Assembly: GCF_009914755.1 (NCBI RefSeq)
Contig: NC_060944.1
Reading direction: 5' to 3' (one strand)
Origin: the human T2T-CHM13v2.0 reference genome, Homo sapiens
Length of the DNA stretch: 64,000 bases
This document shows, in pieces, positions 23,285 to 39,716 of this stretch. The translations under genes were made by a program, and so were the position numbers. Each line of letters begins with the position of its first letter. The stretch's first letter is position 1. The notes under the pieces were generated by a model that worked only from the letters and a program-made list of their open reading frames with translations, made no database searches and was not told where the DNA came from.

Positions 23285-23425
23285 AGGAGCTGAAGCCAGT
23301 TCTCTTAGGCCAACCAGAGCCAACTGTTAAATTTTCAGGAATTTTGTGACCTGATTGTTAAACATAGCCATTATTAAAATGGTTATATAAACTTACAATT
23401 AAATAAATTATATTGAAAATAAATA
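23285..23425 (+). mobile_element. MER63-like 5' fragment
   Basis: tgttaaattttcaggaattttgtgacctgattgttaaacatagccattattaaaa. Confidence 0.75.
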
Positions 23426-23473
23426 TCTCTAGCATGGCTCTAGAGATCTTAACAGGTGGATACTGCTGTATTC

Positions 23474-23721
<248 letters not shown>

Positions 23722-23759
23722 GAGACTGCTGTATTCTTATACCGTGCAAGGATAATGGA

Positions 23760-24104
23760 ACCCTCCCTCCCTCCCTCCCTCCCTCCCTTCATTCCTTCCT
23801 TCCTTCCTTTTTTTTTTTTTTTTTCTGAGGCGGGGTCTTACTCTGTTGCCCAGGCTGGAGTGCAGTGGCTCAATCTTAGCTCACTGCAGCCTTGAACTCC
23901 TGGAATCAAGCAATTCTCTCATGTCAGTCTCCTGGGTAGTTGGAACTACAGGCGCATGTCACCATGTCCAGTTAATTTTTAAACTTTTGTAGAGATGTGA
24001 TCTCACTGTATTGCCAGGGCTGGTCTCAAACTCCTGGCCTCAAACAATCCTCCTGCATTGGCTTCCCAAATTACTGGTATTACAGGTGTGAGCCACCACA
24101 CCCA
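23760..24104 (-). mobile_element. Alu (J-type) with (CCCT)n(CCTT)n microsatellite at its tail
   Basis: Short CCCT/CCTT run at 23760-23808, then poly-T and an antisense AluJ. Confidence 0.9.
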
Positions 24105-24353
24105 ATCTCCCATACATTCTATCCAATTGTATCTTGAACACCACTCATTTCAGCAGTGAACATTATTTCTAGTATCCTTTCCAGCAAACCCTCTGGTGCA
24201 GGGTCCTATAATATCTGAAAGACTTAAGCAACTGTCACTGCCTGGTGGGTTCCTGATTACCATACTTTAAATACTGACTAATTCACTCTGGGTTGCAAAT
24301 TCAAGTTCATTAATACACATTTCCTCCTGCTTCACATTATTTACTCTGGAGAC

Positions 24354-24984
<631 letters not shown>

Positions 24985-25749
24985 TGAAGTACTCTTATAG
25001 TAAACAACAACACATATGAGATCATAATGTCTAACATCACCAGTTTATCCCGAATTTTGTTGCATTTCACTATTTCTTCTGTTCAGCATCAAATGTAGAA
25101 GGTGGGTTGTGTTTTGGGTTCCTATCATTCAAAATTTCTGTACCGTTAAACCCTACAATTACACATAGTGGAATGAGACGTTGTCACCATGAGAGGTAAA
25201 AAGGAGACAGGACCCCACTGAGGAAACCAGGGATTCATGCCTCTGACCTCCAGCTCACCCCAGGATACACACTCAGTGATGAAATAATCCTAACCCTAAA
25301 TTGCATGAATTACATTGTTCTCCCTCCCTGTCCCTTTCCTCTGATCCATCTCTTTTGCAAAACTCATGCAATCTGAGTGTGTTTCATGGTAAAATTGTAA
25401 TGTATACAGTTTTCCCATTTGTGTTTTTATTTGCAAACTGACAGCCGCTTAACCCTGGCACTCGTGGAAAATATTGCCTTGGAAAACGACCTCACCTGAC
25501 TATGGCATCCATGAGGAGCAGTGAATGATACTGATAGGGGTTAAGACTTGCTTGCCCCTCTGCTTTTGCACAAGTGGTGCCTCTGCCTGGAATACCTTGA
25601 CCTGCCTCCTGAGCTGTGTATCCAAATCTCAGTTCTGGCATCCCTCCCTCTGTGATGCCATCCTGGGGATCTCCAGCAGAGTCATCATGGCCTTCTTTGT
25701 CCCTGCCCCTTACATCTGCTGTGATACTTTTCCTGGAGGTCAAAACACA

Positions 25750-26097
25750 AATACGTAGAATGCTCAATTTCCACAGAAGGCTAAGAAATGAACCAAGTGG
25801 GTTGGGGGTGAAGAACCGGGAACCAAGGCACCAGAGTGAACTGGGAAGCCTGTGCTGGGTCCAAGGGTGCAGCTGCTGCTCAGGCCTGGCCTGGTTTCTA
25901 TGAGGAATGTGGGCTCAGGGTAGCCAGAGCTCCTGATTTTTCAAGAGAACTGGAAATCTGAACTTTCTTTTTTTGACATATGTCTATCTTTAAAGGCAGT
26001 TGTTCCAGATTTTAAAATGACTCCATTCAGAGTTGATAAATCACACACATTCACAGAATAAATCCACTCCACGGGCCACCAGTGACAGCCCATGCTC
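25750..26097 (+). mobile_element. MER102 (hAT-Charlie)
   Basis: gcagctgctgctcag...ggaatgtgggctcagggtagccagagctcctgatttttcaagagaactggaaatctg. Confidence 0.7.
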
Positions 26098-26238
26098 TAG
26101 GCAAAACTCTCCGGAGTCTGAGGCTCTGTCCTTTCTTTCTCAAATTCCCAGTGCCTGGGGCACGGAACCTGGCATGAAGAGGCACTTAGGAAATGTTTGT
26201 TGAGTGAATAGATGAGGCAATGAATCATCAGGATATTA

Positions 26239-26705
<467 letters not shown>

Positions 26706-26707
26706 TA

Positions 26708-27052
26708 GGACAGGCATGGTGGCTCACACCTGTAATCCCAGCACTTTAGGAGGCCGAGGTAGGCAGATAGCTTGAGCCCAGGAGTTCGAGACCAGCCCAG
26801 GTAACATGGTGAAACTTTGTCTCTACAAAAAAATAAAAAAATAAGATAAATAAAAAAAAATCAGCTGGACATGGTGGTGCATGCCTGCAATCCCAGCTAC
26901 TCAAGAGGCTGTGGCAGGAGGGTCACTTGAGCTCAGAAGGTTGAGGCTTCTGTAAGCTGTGACTATGTCACTGCATTCCAGGCTGCGTGACAGAGTGAGA
27001 CCCTGTCTCAGAAAAAAACAAACAAAAAGCCAGTAAAAATAAAAATAAAAAG
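26708..27052 (+). mobile_element. Alu (J-type)
   Basis: Sense Alu with expanded linker. Confidence 0.92.
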
Positions 27053-27229
27053 AATAAACCCAGCAGCAAGGCATCTGTCATCCTCTCATACTGGTCATTA
27101 TAATTTTTGGTTAATTCATAAAACTGCTCCACAAGGTAGGTCATATTATCAGCTCCATTTTACAGAAGAGGAAAAATCGGTAAAGCTCAGATCAATTCAC
27201 CTGCCCAAGACCACAGAGTTGGCAAGTTT

Positions 27230-27665
27230 CCTGTTATCCTCAGGTTAAAAGCCAAAGTCTGTAAAATGGCGCTACAGGATCCCCCTTCACTCCCCATAGC
27301 CCATCTGACCTCATCTCTCCCTCTCCTTCATTCAACACCTGTCTCCCTGACTTCCTCAGACATCCCACATGTGCCCTGGCCTCTGGGCTTTGTCACTGAC
27401 CCTCTGCGGGGGATGCTGTCGCCTAAGACCTTTGCATGGCTTCCTCTTACCTCCTTCCAGTCTTTGTTCAAATGTCACCTTTTCACTGAGTACTATACCT
27501 GACTCCCCTGCCCACTTAGGATCACAGCTCCCATCGCCTTCTGTTTCCCTCCCTTGTTTCCTTTATTTTTCTCCATAGTTTTTTTTTTAATCACCTTCTA
27601 ACATACTATGTAATGTAATTATTCATTTTCTGCCTTCAACACTGTCAGGTTAAACTCCATGAGGG

Positions 27666-27733
<68 letters not shown>

Positions 27734-27800
27734 CTATTTTCTTCCCTGCTATATCTCTAGTTCTAGAATTGTGCCTGGCACAATACGAATTCTTAATTAG
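27230..27800 (+). mobile_element. L2 3' region
   Basis: tcttacctccttccagtctttgttcaaatgtcacctt, taaactccatgagggca, gtgcctggcaca. Confidence 0.7.
27668..27733. repeat. (AT)26 microsatellite followed by poly-T
   Basis: Direct read. Confidence 0.97.
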
Positions 27801-27811
27801 AAGGATAGTAA

Positions 27812-28129
<318 letters not shown>

Positions 28130-28380
28130 TGTATGCAGTCTTAGAGTGGCCTGTCTGGGCTGAAATCCTGGCTGTGCCACTGGCTTTGTGACCTGGGAGA
28201 GTTTATTAACCTCAGTAAGCCTCAGTCTACTCGTCTGTCAAATGAGGCTACTATACTGCATTTCAACCAATCTAAGAAGCCACTGAAATACATTATTTTA
28301 GTGAACCACTAAGAAAAAAGTCACGAATTATAAAAGCCCATCAGATCTAAGACTCCTATAGGCTTTAGAAATATTTTAAG

Positions 28381-28582
28381 TAGGGGTGCCAGATAAAATA
28401 CAGGATGACCAGTTAAATTTGAATTTCAGATTTTAAAAAATGAGTAATATTTTAGGATAAGTATATTCTATTTAAAATGTACTACTGGGAGGTGTATCTA
28501 TACTAAAAAGTTATTCATCATTCATCTTAATTTCAAATGCAATCAGAGTCCTGTATTTTATTTGCTAACTCTGGCAAACCTA
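28381..28582. mobile_element. MER53 palindromic hAT MITE
   Basis: taggggtgccagataaaatacagga...tcctgtattttatttgctaactctggcaaaccta terminal inverted repeats. Confidence 0.88.
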
Positions 28583-28682
28583 GTTAAAAGACAAAAAAAA
28601 TGTATGTTCTAGACCCAGTGAAATGGTAGTGTATGTCGCATTAAGAGATGTAGGTTGAATGAATGAATGTAAGAAAAGTCTG

Positions 28683-29135
<453 letters not shown>

Positions 29136-29439
29136 AATTCAACAGGCTAATATCTACTGGCCTGTAGCTCCTTGAAAGTGCTCCCTTTGATCCCCAAGGC
29201 TTGCCGAAGAGCTTCTTACACTGAAAGAACCCAGTAATACTTATTCAATGACTAGAGGCTCCTTTTTTGCTCAATGAATGGAGAAACCCCCTTTTATAAA
29301 AATTCAGTGACGGCAGAGCCCCCACTTTGTTTTTTACCCCTTTTCTACACTGATTCATTCATGGTTGCAGTCCTTTGAATGCACAGTGGGGCCACTTTGC
29401 TGGGAATAGTCTCTGAAGTCTGGAGAGAGAATCCTTTTA

Positions 29440-29670
29440 GATAAAGCCCCCACAATTAGCTCCTCTCCTCATCTGCCTCCTCCACCTCCTCCAGAGGCTG
29501 CTGCCTTCTAGGTTCTACCTTTGAGAGCTCAGGTGCCTGCTGCCAATTACATTTCCACCCTACTTGTGAAACTACTGTGTAATTAGCCTAATTACAGGAT
29601 TGCAGGCAATGGCAGCAGGCTGCCTGGGAAGGGGTATTAACCCTGCATTTCCCATGCACGTTGCAAGCAC
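29440..29670. promoter_or_regulatory. Candidate conserved non-coding element/enhancer with palindromic TAATTA motifs
   Basis: TGTAATTAG-C-CTAATTACA palindrome at 29578-29596 inside an 11-bp inverted repeat; regulatory function is inferred only. Confidence 0.35.
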
Positions 29671-30410
29671 TCAGTGTCTCAGGACTGGGGAGGTAGGCTG
29701 CAGGCCATCCACCCAGGTTCTGGGTGGCCACTCTTGCCAAGTTGTTCCTTCTTAATGGCCAGAATATTCGACAGTCTTTTCAGAGTCTGTCCACTACAAA
29801 GCAACAACAGCAACGTAGTAATACTAGCAGCACATACTCAGGGCCAAACATTTTCAACAGGACAGAAGTAAAAAGTGAGACATAAAAGTTGTCTGAACCT
29901 GCACACGTACTCCCTGATTCTAAAGTAAAAGTTGAAAAAAGAAAAAAAAACTGTCTGAACATTCATCACCTGCATTCCAGCTCCACACCCCAGAAGTAAC
30001 AATATCTAAAATAACAATACCTATCAAATGTAGACAGAAATGTTCTACACACAAGCAAGCTATATGTATAGATGTAGTCTTTGTTCTGCTAATGTTTAGT
30101 CTCTCTAAATAATAAAAAATAAGTCAAAAACTAAGTACAATGTGTTTTATATAGATATAGTCACCCATAAATGTCTGTTCAATTTACTTCGCACAATGAG
30201 ATTATACAATACATATGCTTTTGTGACTTGCCCTTTGTTGCTAAATAATATATCCTATCTGTCTTTAATGCCTACATATTAGTGCTAACTCATTCTTTTT
30301 TATAAGGCTGTGTAATATTCAACAGGAAGAACGTGTCATAATTTATTTAACTAGTCTTCCATTATGAAGCATTTAGATTGCAAACAGATTTATGCCATAA
30401 AAAGAATACA

Positions 30411-30690
30411 TAATCCCAGCACTTTGGGAGGCTGAGGTTAGTGGATTGCTTGAGCCCAGGAGTTTGAAACCAGCCTGGGCAACATGGTGAAACCCTGTCT
30501 CTACAAAAATACACATACAAAAAAAAAATTAGTTGGGCATGGTGGGGTGCGCCTATAGTCTTAGCTACTAGGGAGGCTGAGGTGGAAGGAGCTTAGAAGA
30601 TCAAGGTTGCAGTAAGCTCAGATCGTGCCACTGCACTTCAGTCTGGGAAACAGAGTGAGACCCTGTCTCAAAAAAAAAAAAAAAAAAAAA
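30411..30690 (+). mobile_element. Alu (Jb-like, 5'-truncated)
   Basis: Starts at taatcccagcactttgg; A tail. Confidence 0.92.
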
Positions 30691-31199
30691 GTGCATGAAG
30701 CCACACAAATAAGTTCCTGGTGCTTGTGAAGGAGATGAGGGTGGGAGGCAGCTTCCAAATAGTTAGGTGTGGTCCAAGAAGCAGGGGTAGAGAGATCCAC
30801 TATAAAGCTGCGTGTTAACCCTTTAGTTAGTTGCTGGATCCTAGGAAGCCCTAGATGATTCCAGGGAGAGGCATTGAAGGGCAGCTCTTGACCAACCAGT
30901 ATGGAAACCGTCCTATATTTTAACTACCAGTGTGGTCTTCCTGGTCACAGCTCTTGATGTTGGCTATATTTGCTATATTTGAGTATATTCACAGGTTTCC
31001 AACCCTAGAATTCTTGGGTCAAATGGTATAAACTCTTTTAGTCTTAATGAGTCTGTTATCAAACTTTCTCTTGGAGTCTTTTTTTTCATAAAAATAAAAC
31101 AGTAATAGTAATAGATGGCATTTATGAGAGCAAAGCAACATACTAAAGGCTTTTTATACTTGATGTCCTGCAATTTTCCCAAGAGGGCTATGCCACAGG

Positions 31200-31310
31200 C
31201 ACTTTTATCCCCCTCATTTTACAGATGGGGAATCTGAGACTCAGAGGCTAATGACCTGCCAAGTTTCACACAGCAAATCAGAGGAGGTGCTGCGATTCCA
31301 ATTCATTTCC
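31200..31310 (-). mobile_element. MIR
   Basis: cattttacagatggggaatctgagactcagag. Confidence 0.75.
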
Positions 31311-31356
31311 ATAAGGCCCTGAAACCACCATCCTACTGGCTTTCTAAATCTTATTG

Positions 31357-31674
<318 letters not shown>

Positions 31675-32215
31675 TCAGGAAGGAGGCCCACAGTCTTTCC
31701 ACTGCAGGGTCCATGAGCACACCTGCTTACATGTGCAAAGACACACTTAGATGGAGATGGAGAGAAGAAGCTAGGATGAAAACTAAAGATGGCAAAAAGA
31801 GAAATTAATATCAGGTCACTGTCAACAGAAATTTGTGTCACAGTGAATGGCACTTCTAACAATTGGCTACACAACCTAGGCCTTTTCAGGCCTCAGATTT
31901 CTCATCAGTAAAATGGGAATGATTATCCAATCCAGTAGAACTGTTGAGCAGAATTGAGTTAATCCATATGAAATGCCTGAGGCCTGGTAGGACAATTCAC
32001 AGTTACTGTTAAGGTATCTGCAATGAGAAGAACATCTTAAACTCTTGACAGCATAGTTCTATAATATATAACCAAGGAGGAGGATTGCCCTTTAAAGGTC
32101 TGTCATTCCCCTCAACAATCCAGCAACAGTCCTGCTCCAACCACATTAAAACTAGTCCAAAAAATTTCCCCAATCCTGTGAATAATTATTTACCATTAGA
32201 AAAATCAGAGATCCT

Positions 32216-32510
32216 GACTGGGCGCGATGGCTCATGCCTGTAATCCCAGCACTTTGGGAGGCCGAGGCGGGTGGATCATGAAGTCAGGAATTCAAGACCA
32301 GCCTGGCCAAGATGGTGAAACCCCGTCTCTACTAAAAATACAAAAAATTAGCAGGGTGTGGTGGCACGCACCTGTAATCCCAGCTACTCGGGAGGCTAAG
32401 GCAGAAAATTGCTTGAACCCAGGAGGCGGAGGTTGCAGAGAGCTGAGATCATGCCACTGCACTCCAGCCTGGGAGGCAGAGTAAGATCTGTCTCAAAAAA
32501 AAAAAAAAAA
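32216..32510 (+). mobile_element. Alu (Sg-like)
   Basis: Full sense Alu. Confidence 0.95.
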
Positions 32511-32516
32511 ATCAGA

Positions 32517-32848
<332 letters not shown>

Positions 32849-33105
32849 TTAAATTAAAAAAGACAAAGATGAAAATTAACTGTAATGCAATCTACGGTAC
32901 TGTTAACATTTTGACATTTATGTTGATATACATTTGTATTTATATACTTTTAAAAGTCCCAAATGTTCTGTCTTATTGCACATTCTGCTGGGGGGCTGTT
33001 TTTTCTCTCCTTCCAGGCCATTCTCCACTGTCTGACCATCTCATGCCTTGGAATCCGGCTTTTGGGTTTTGGGCAGCTCCCACAGCCCTCACTCTCTTTA
33101 ACTGA

Positions 33106-33434
<329 letters not shown>

Positions 33435-33657
33435 TAAAGGTTTTCCTTTCTGGCCTTCTTCTCTCACCATTTTCTCTCTGCTTGTCAGGTCTTTGAACAG
33501 CCTAACCTGCTTTCCTTGCTGAATCCTGGTAGGTACCGTGGGAATCTAGCTTCTTTACTCTGGGGGTCCTGGGGCCCCCCTTTCTGGGCAGCTGTCTCTG
33601 TACCCCCATCCCCTGTCATCACCTGATCACACTTCATTGTACTGATTGGATAACACC

Positions 33658-34011
33658 TGCTATGGATTGAATGTGTCCCCCAAAGTTCGTATGTTGGAAA
33701 CTTAATCCCCGGTGCAACAGCATTGAGAGGCAGGGCCTAAACAAGAAGATTAGGTCAAATGAGGGCTCTGCCCTCATGAACGGATTAATGGTGTAATTGT
33801 GGGAGTGGGTTAGTTATCAAATGAGTTTGGCCGCTCTTGCTGGCTCATACTTTTTTGCCTTTTTGGCTTCCACTATGAGATGACACAGCAAGAGGGCTCT
33901 TGCCAGAGCCTTAAATCTTGGCTCCAGAGCCAAGAGCCAAACAAATTTCTTTTCTTTATCAATTACCTCCTCTGTTGTATTTGTTATAGCAACACAAAAC
34001 GAACTAAGACA
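33658..34011 (+). mobile_element. MST (MSTD-like) MaLR solo LTR within an L2 relic
   Basis: tgctatggattgaatgtgtcccccaaagttc...gttatagcaacacaaaacgaactaagaca. Confidence 0.85.
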
Positions 34012-34569
34012 TAATCTGTCAGTCTCCACCACTGGTCTGTGAACTACATGAAGGCAGCTGGCCATGTTATGATGAGCCAAAATATATCCTCAATGTCTAG
34101 CATAAGTGCGTGGCATGATGTGCTCAATACGCACTCACTGAATTAATGAGCAAATCTGTGTGATTTTTACTTACTATAGAACCTGAGCATGGGACGTATG
34201 TGTCTTTACATTCCATGAGACAGGTTAGGGTGGGAGAGTAAAGGATTGACCTGGGAACATGCTTCTTCACTGGGATACCTTAGAACCTAGATCATGGGCT
34301 TTGCTGTCTCTCAAGAATCATGCAAATGACAAACATCACTGTGACTCCCAGTATTGTGGGTGCTGGCTGGAGTTCATTCCAGCAAAGAGCTAGAGAAACA
34401 GGAATAATATTACTCATTACTATTGTGCTTAGACTTTCTATACGATACCCAGATTCTACAAGTATTGCACCCAGTTGCTGGTGCACAGAAACCAGAGTTT
34501 CAACCACATTGCTTTGCACAGACATTTCTTCTGCAGTTCTCATTACCACTTTTACTTAAAAGGCATGCA

Positions 34570-34902
<333 letters not shown>

Positions 34903-35099
34903 TTAGTTTTGCAAATATTTGATGTGCAGTGGGATACTGAAATTAACATCAATAGAGTCAATAGGCAGAGAACATTAAGAAAGTGTTTGTAGATGTGCAG
35001 GAAGGTTTACGCATGCATGCATGCGATTTCATGGGTGAGAAAAAGCAGAGCCATCTGAAGTGGTTGAGAATGTGTTTTCCTCCACAAAAGAGGTGTGAT

Positions 35100-35497
35100 C
35101 TGAGAGAACAAAATAGAAACCCCTATATTGACTAAGATGAACGCAAAGATTAAGGAAACAAAGTTACCTATGAGTGGAGGGCTCAGGGCCTGGCTGGCAT
35201 GGCACGTTTCTAAAATCCTATGGCTGCAAGAAAAACCACAACTGCTAAAGTTCCTAACAATAGGCATTACCAGATCTCTCCTAACTTTGATTTATAACCC
35301 AGATGACTACAGCTCTGATTGAACAAAGACCTCAACAAAATTCTTTTCTGATAAGTTGCTGCAGATTTTTAACCAGTTTCAGTCAGCTTGTAGAGGCTGT
35401 GCACAAACTGTCATGTCCTTTAGTTTACCTTTTGATGTAAAGAACCAAATTCCACCCGATTTTAGTGCTAAAACATAGGATGTGTGTTACATACATT
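35100..35497 (+). mobile_element. ERV1-class LTR 5' part (MER67-like), 3'-truncated
   Basis: tgagagaacaaaatagaaacccc...cttttctgataag...gaggctgtgcacaaactg; family name from recall. Confidence 0.55.
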
Positions 35498-36595
35498 TGA
35501 TGGCTGATTGCTGTAGCTAGGACTTCCAGTACTATGTTGAGTAACAGTGGTGAAAGTGGACATCCTGGTCATGATCCAGATCTTAGAGGAAAGGCTTTCC
35601 ATTTTTCCCCACTCCGTATAATACTAACTGTGGGTCTGTCATATATGGCTTTTATTATGTTGACTTATGTTCCTTCTATCCCCCTTTTTTTTGAGGCTTT
35701 TTTTTTTTTAATCATGAAGGGTTGTTGAATTTTGTCAAATACTTTTTCAGCATCAATTAAAATGATCATATAATTTTTGTCCTTCATTCTGTTGATGTGA
35801 TTTGTCACATTGATTTGTGTATGTTGAGCCATCTTGCATTCCAGGGATAAATTCCACTTGGTCATGATGAATTATCTTTTTAATATTTTGTTGAATTTGG
35901 TTCACTAGTATTTTGTTGAGAATTTTGGCATCAATATTCATCAGAGATAGTGACCTGTAGTTTCCTTTTTTCTGGTATGTCTTTGGTTTTGGTTTCAGGG
36001 TAATACTGGCCTCATAGAATGAGATTGGAAGGATTCCTTCCTTTTTTATTTTTTGGAATAGCTTGAGTAGGATTGGCATTAGTTCTTTAACTGTTTTGTC
36101 AAATTCAGCAGTAAAGCCATTGGGTCCTGGGCTTTTCTTTACTGGGAGTAAATTTTTTATTATTTTTTATTATGACTTTGATCTCATTGCTTGTTATTGG
36201 TCTGTTCAGGTTTTGGTTTTGCTCGTAGTTCAATCTTGGTAGGTTGTATGTGTCTAGGAATTTGTCCATTTCTTCTACATTTTTCAACTTATTGGCACAT
36301 AGTTGCTCACAGTAGCCACTAATGATCCTTTGAATTTCGGCAGCATCAGTTGTAATGTTGCTTTTTGCGTCTAATTTTGCTTATTTGGATCTTCTCTTTT
36401 TCTTAATCTGGCTAGAGGTTTGTCAATTTTGTTAGCTTTTCAAAGAGTCAATTTTTTTATGTCATTCATCTTTTGTATTGTTTTCAACACTTCAATTTTA
36501 TTTATTTCTGCTCTGATCTTTATTATTTCTTTTTTTCTACTAATTTTGGGTTTGATTGCTCTTGCTTTTCTAGTTCTTTAAGATGCATCATTAGG

Positions 36596-36900
36596 TTTTT
36601 TGTTTGTTGTTTGTTTTTGAGATGGAGTCTCGCTCTGTCGCCTAGGCTGAAGTGCAGTGGTACGATCTTGGCTCACTGCAACCTTCACCTCCCAGGTTCA
36701 AGCAATTCTCCTGACTTAGCCTCTTGAGTAGCTGAGATTACAGGCTCCTGCCACAACGCCCGGCTAATTTTTGTATTTTTAGTAGAGACAGAATTTCACC
36801 ATGTTGGCCAGGCTGCTCTCTAACTCCTGACCTCAAGTGATCTGCCCGCCTAGGCCTCCCAAAGTGCTAGGATTACAGGTATAAGCCACCATGCCCAGCC
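36596..36900 (-). mobile_element. Alu (Sx/Sz-like) in L1
   Basis: TSD tcattaggtt. Confidence 0.95.
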
Positions 36901-37676
36901 TCATTAGGTTATTTGAAGTTTTTCTTCTTTTTCTGATGTAGGCACTTATAAAAGTCCCTCTTAGTACTGCTTTTGCTGTATCCCATAGGTTTTGGTATGT
37001 TGTGTTTTCATTATCATTTGGTTCAAGAAATATTTCAATTTCCTTCTTCATTTCTTCATTGACCCATTGGTCATTCAGGAGCTTATTGTTTAATTTCCAT
37101 GTATTTGTATAGTTTCCCAAACTCCTCTTGTTATTGGTTTCTAGTTTTATACCATTGTGGTCAGAGAAGACGACTGATATTATTTCAATGTTTTTTGGAT
37201 GTTTTAAGACTTGTTTTGTGATCTAACATATGGTTTATCCTTGAGGATAATCTATGCGCTGAGGAAAAGAATGTGTATTCTGCAGCTGTTGAATAAACTG
37301 TTCTGTAAATATCTATTAGGTCCATTTGGACTACAGTGCAGATAAAGTCTGTAAGATCTGTACAATGCTGAGAATAGAGTGCCGAAGTCTCCAGCTATTA
37401 TCGTATTGGGGCTTAGCTCTCTCTTTAGCTCTAATAATATTTGTTTTATGTATTTGGGTGTTCCAGTGTTAAGTACATATATATTTACAATTGTTATATC
37501 TTCTTGCTGGGATTGATCCCTTTATCATTATACAGTGACTTTCTTTGTCTCTTCTTATACTTTTTCACTTGAAATCTATTTTGTCTGATATAAGTATAGC
37601 TACTCCTATACTTTTTTTGGTTTCAATTGGCATGCAATATCTTTCTCCACCTCTTTATTTTTATTCTGGGTGTGTC

Positions 37677-38084
<408 letters not shown>

Positions 38085-39387
38085 TAGTTGATAGGTAAGA
38101 ACTTACTCCTGGCATTTTGTTCTTTGTTTTCTGGTTGTTCTGTGGTTTTTCTTTTTCTTTCATGCTTGTCTTTTTTTTTTTTTAATGAAGGTGATTTTCT
38201 TTGGTGATATGATTTAGTGTCTTGCTTTTTATTTTTTGTGTATTCATTGTATGTTTTTTGGTTTGAACTTATCATGAGGCTTGCTAATACTATCTTATAA
38301 CCCATTATTTTAAGCTGAAAACAATTTATCACTGTTTGCATAAACAAACAAAAAGAGAACTAATAAAGACTCCACACCTTAACTTTTTCCACTTTTCTTT
38401 TTAACTTTTTGTTGTTTCCATTTATCTTATTGTAGAGTCTGTGTCTTGAAAAGTTGTTGTAGTTATTATTTTTGATTGGTTCATTGTTTAGCCTTCCTAC
38501 TTGGGATAAGAGTAGTTTACATACCACAATTACAGTGTTATAATATTCTGTGTTTTTTGTGTACTTACCAGTGAGTTTTGTACCTTCAGATGCTTTCTCA
38601 TTGCGCATTAACACCCTTTTCTTTCTGATGGAAGTACTCCCATTAGCATTTCTTGTAGGGAAGGTCTGGTGTTGAGGAAATCCTTCAGCTTTTATTTGTC
38701 TGGGAAAGTCTTTATTTCTCCTTCATGTTTGAAGGATATTTTTCCTGGATATACTATTCTAGAGTAAAAGGTTTTTCCTTCAGCACTTTAATATATCATG
38801 CCACTGTCTCCTGGCCTGTAAGGTTTCCACTAAAAAGTCTGCTGCCAAAGGTATTGGAACTCAATTGTATATTTGCTTCTTTTCTTGTGCTGCTTTTTAA
38901 CATTTCTTACTTATCCTTGACATTTGGGAGTTTAATGATTAAATGCCTTGAGGTAGTTTTCTTTGGGTTAAGTTGGCTTGGTGGTCTATAACCTTCTTGT
39001 GGCAGGATATTGATATCTTTCTCTAGGTTTGATAAGCTCTCTGTTATTATCCCTTTGAATAAACTTTTTACCCCTATCTCTTTCTCTACCTCCTCTTTAA
39101 GGCCAATAACTCAGACTTGCCCTTTTGAGGCTATTTTCTAGATCCTGTAGTCATGCTTTGTTGTTTTTTATTCTTTTTTTTTTGGCTCCTCTGATGTGTA
39201 TTTTCAAATAGCCTGCCTTCAAGATCACTAATTCTTTCTTCTCTTAATCAATTCTGCTGTTAAAAGACTCTGATGCATTCTTCAGTATGTCAGTTGCATT
39301 CTTCAGATCCAGAATTCCTGCATGATCCTTTCTAATTATTTCAATTATCTTTGTTAAATTTACCTAATAGAATTTTGAATTCTTTCT

Positions 39388-39716
<329 letters not shown>

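Noticed and set aside
35665-37120. Reverse-transcriptase-like peptides
   Set aside because: Frameshifted L1 ORF2 remnants interrupted by Alus; not an intact RT or a novel retro-system
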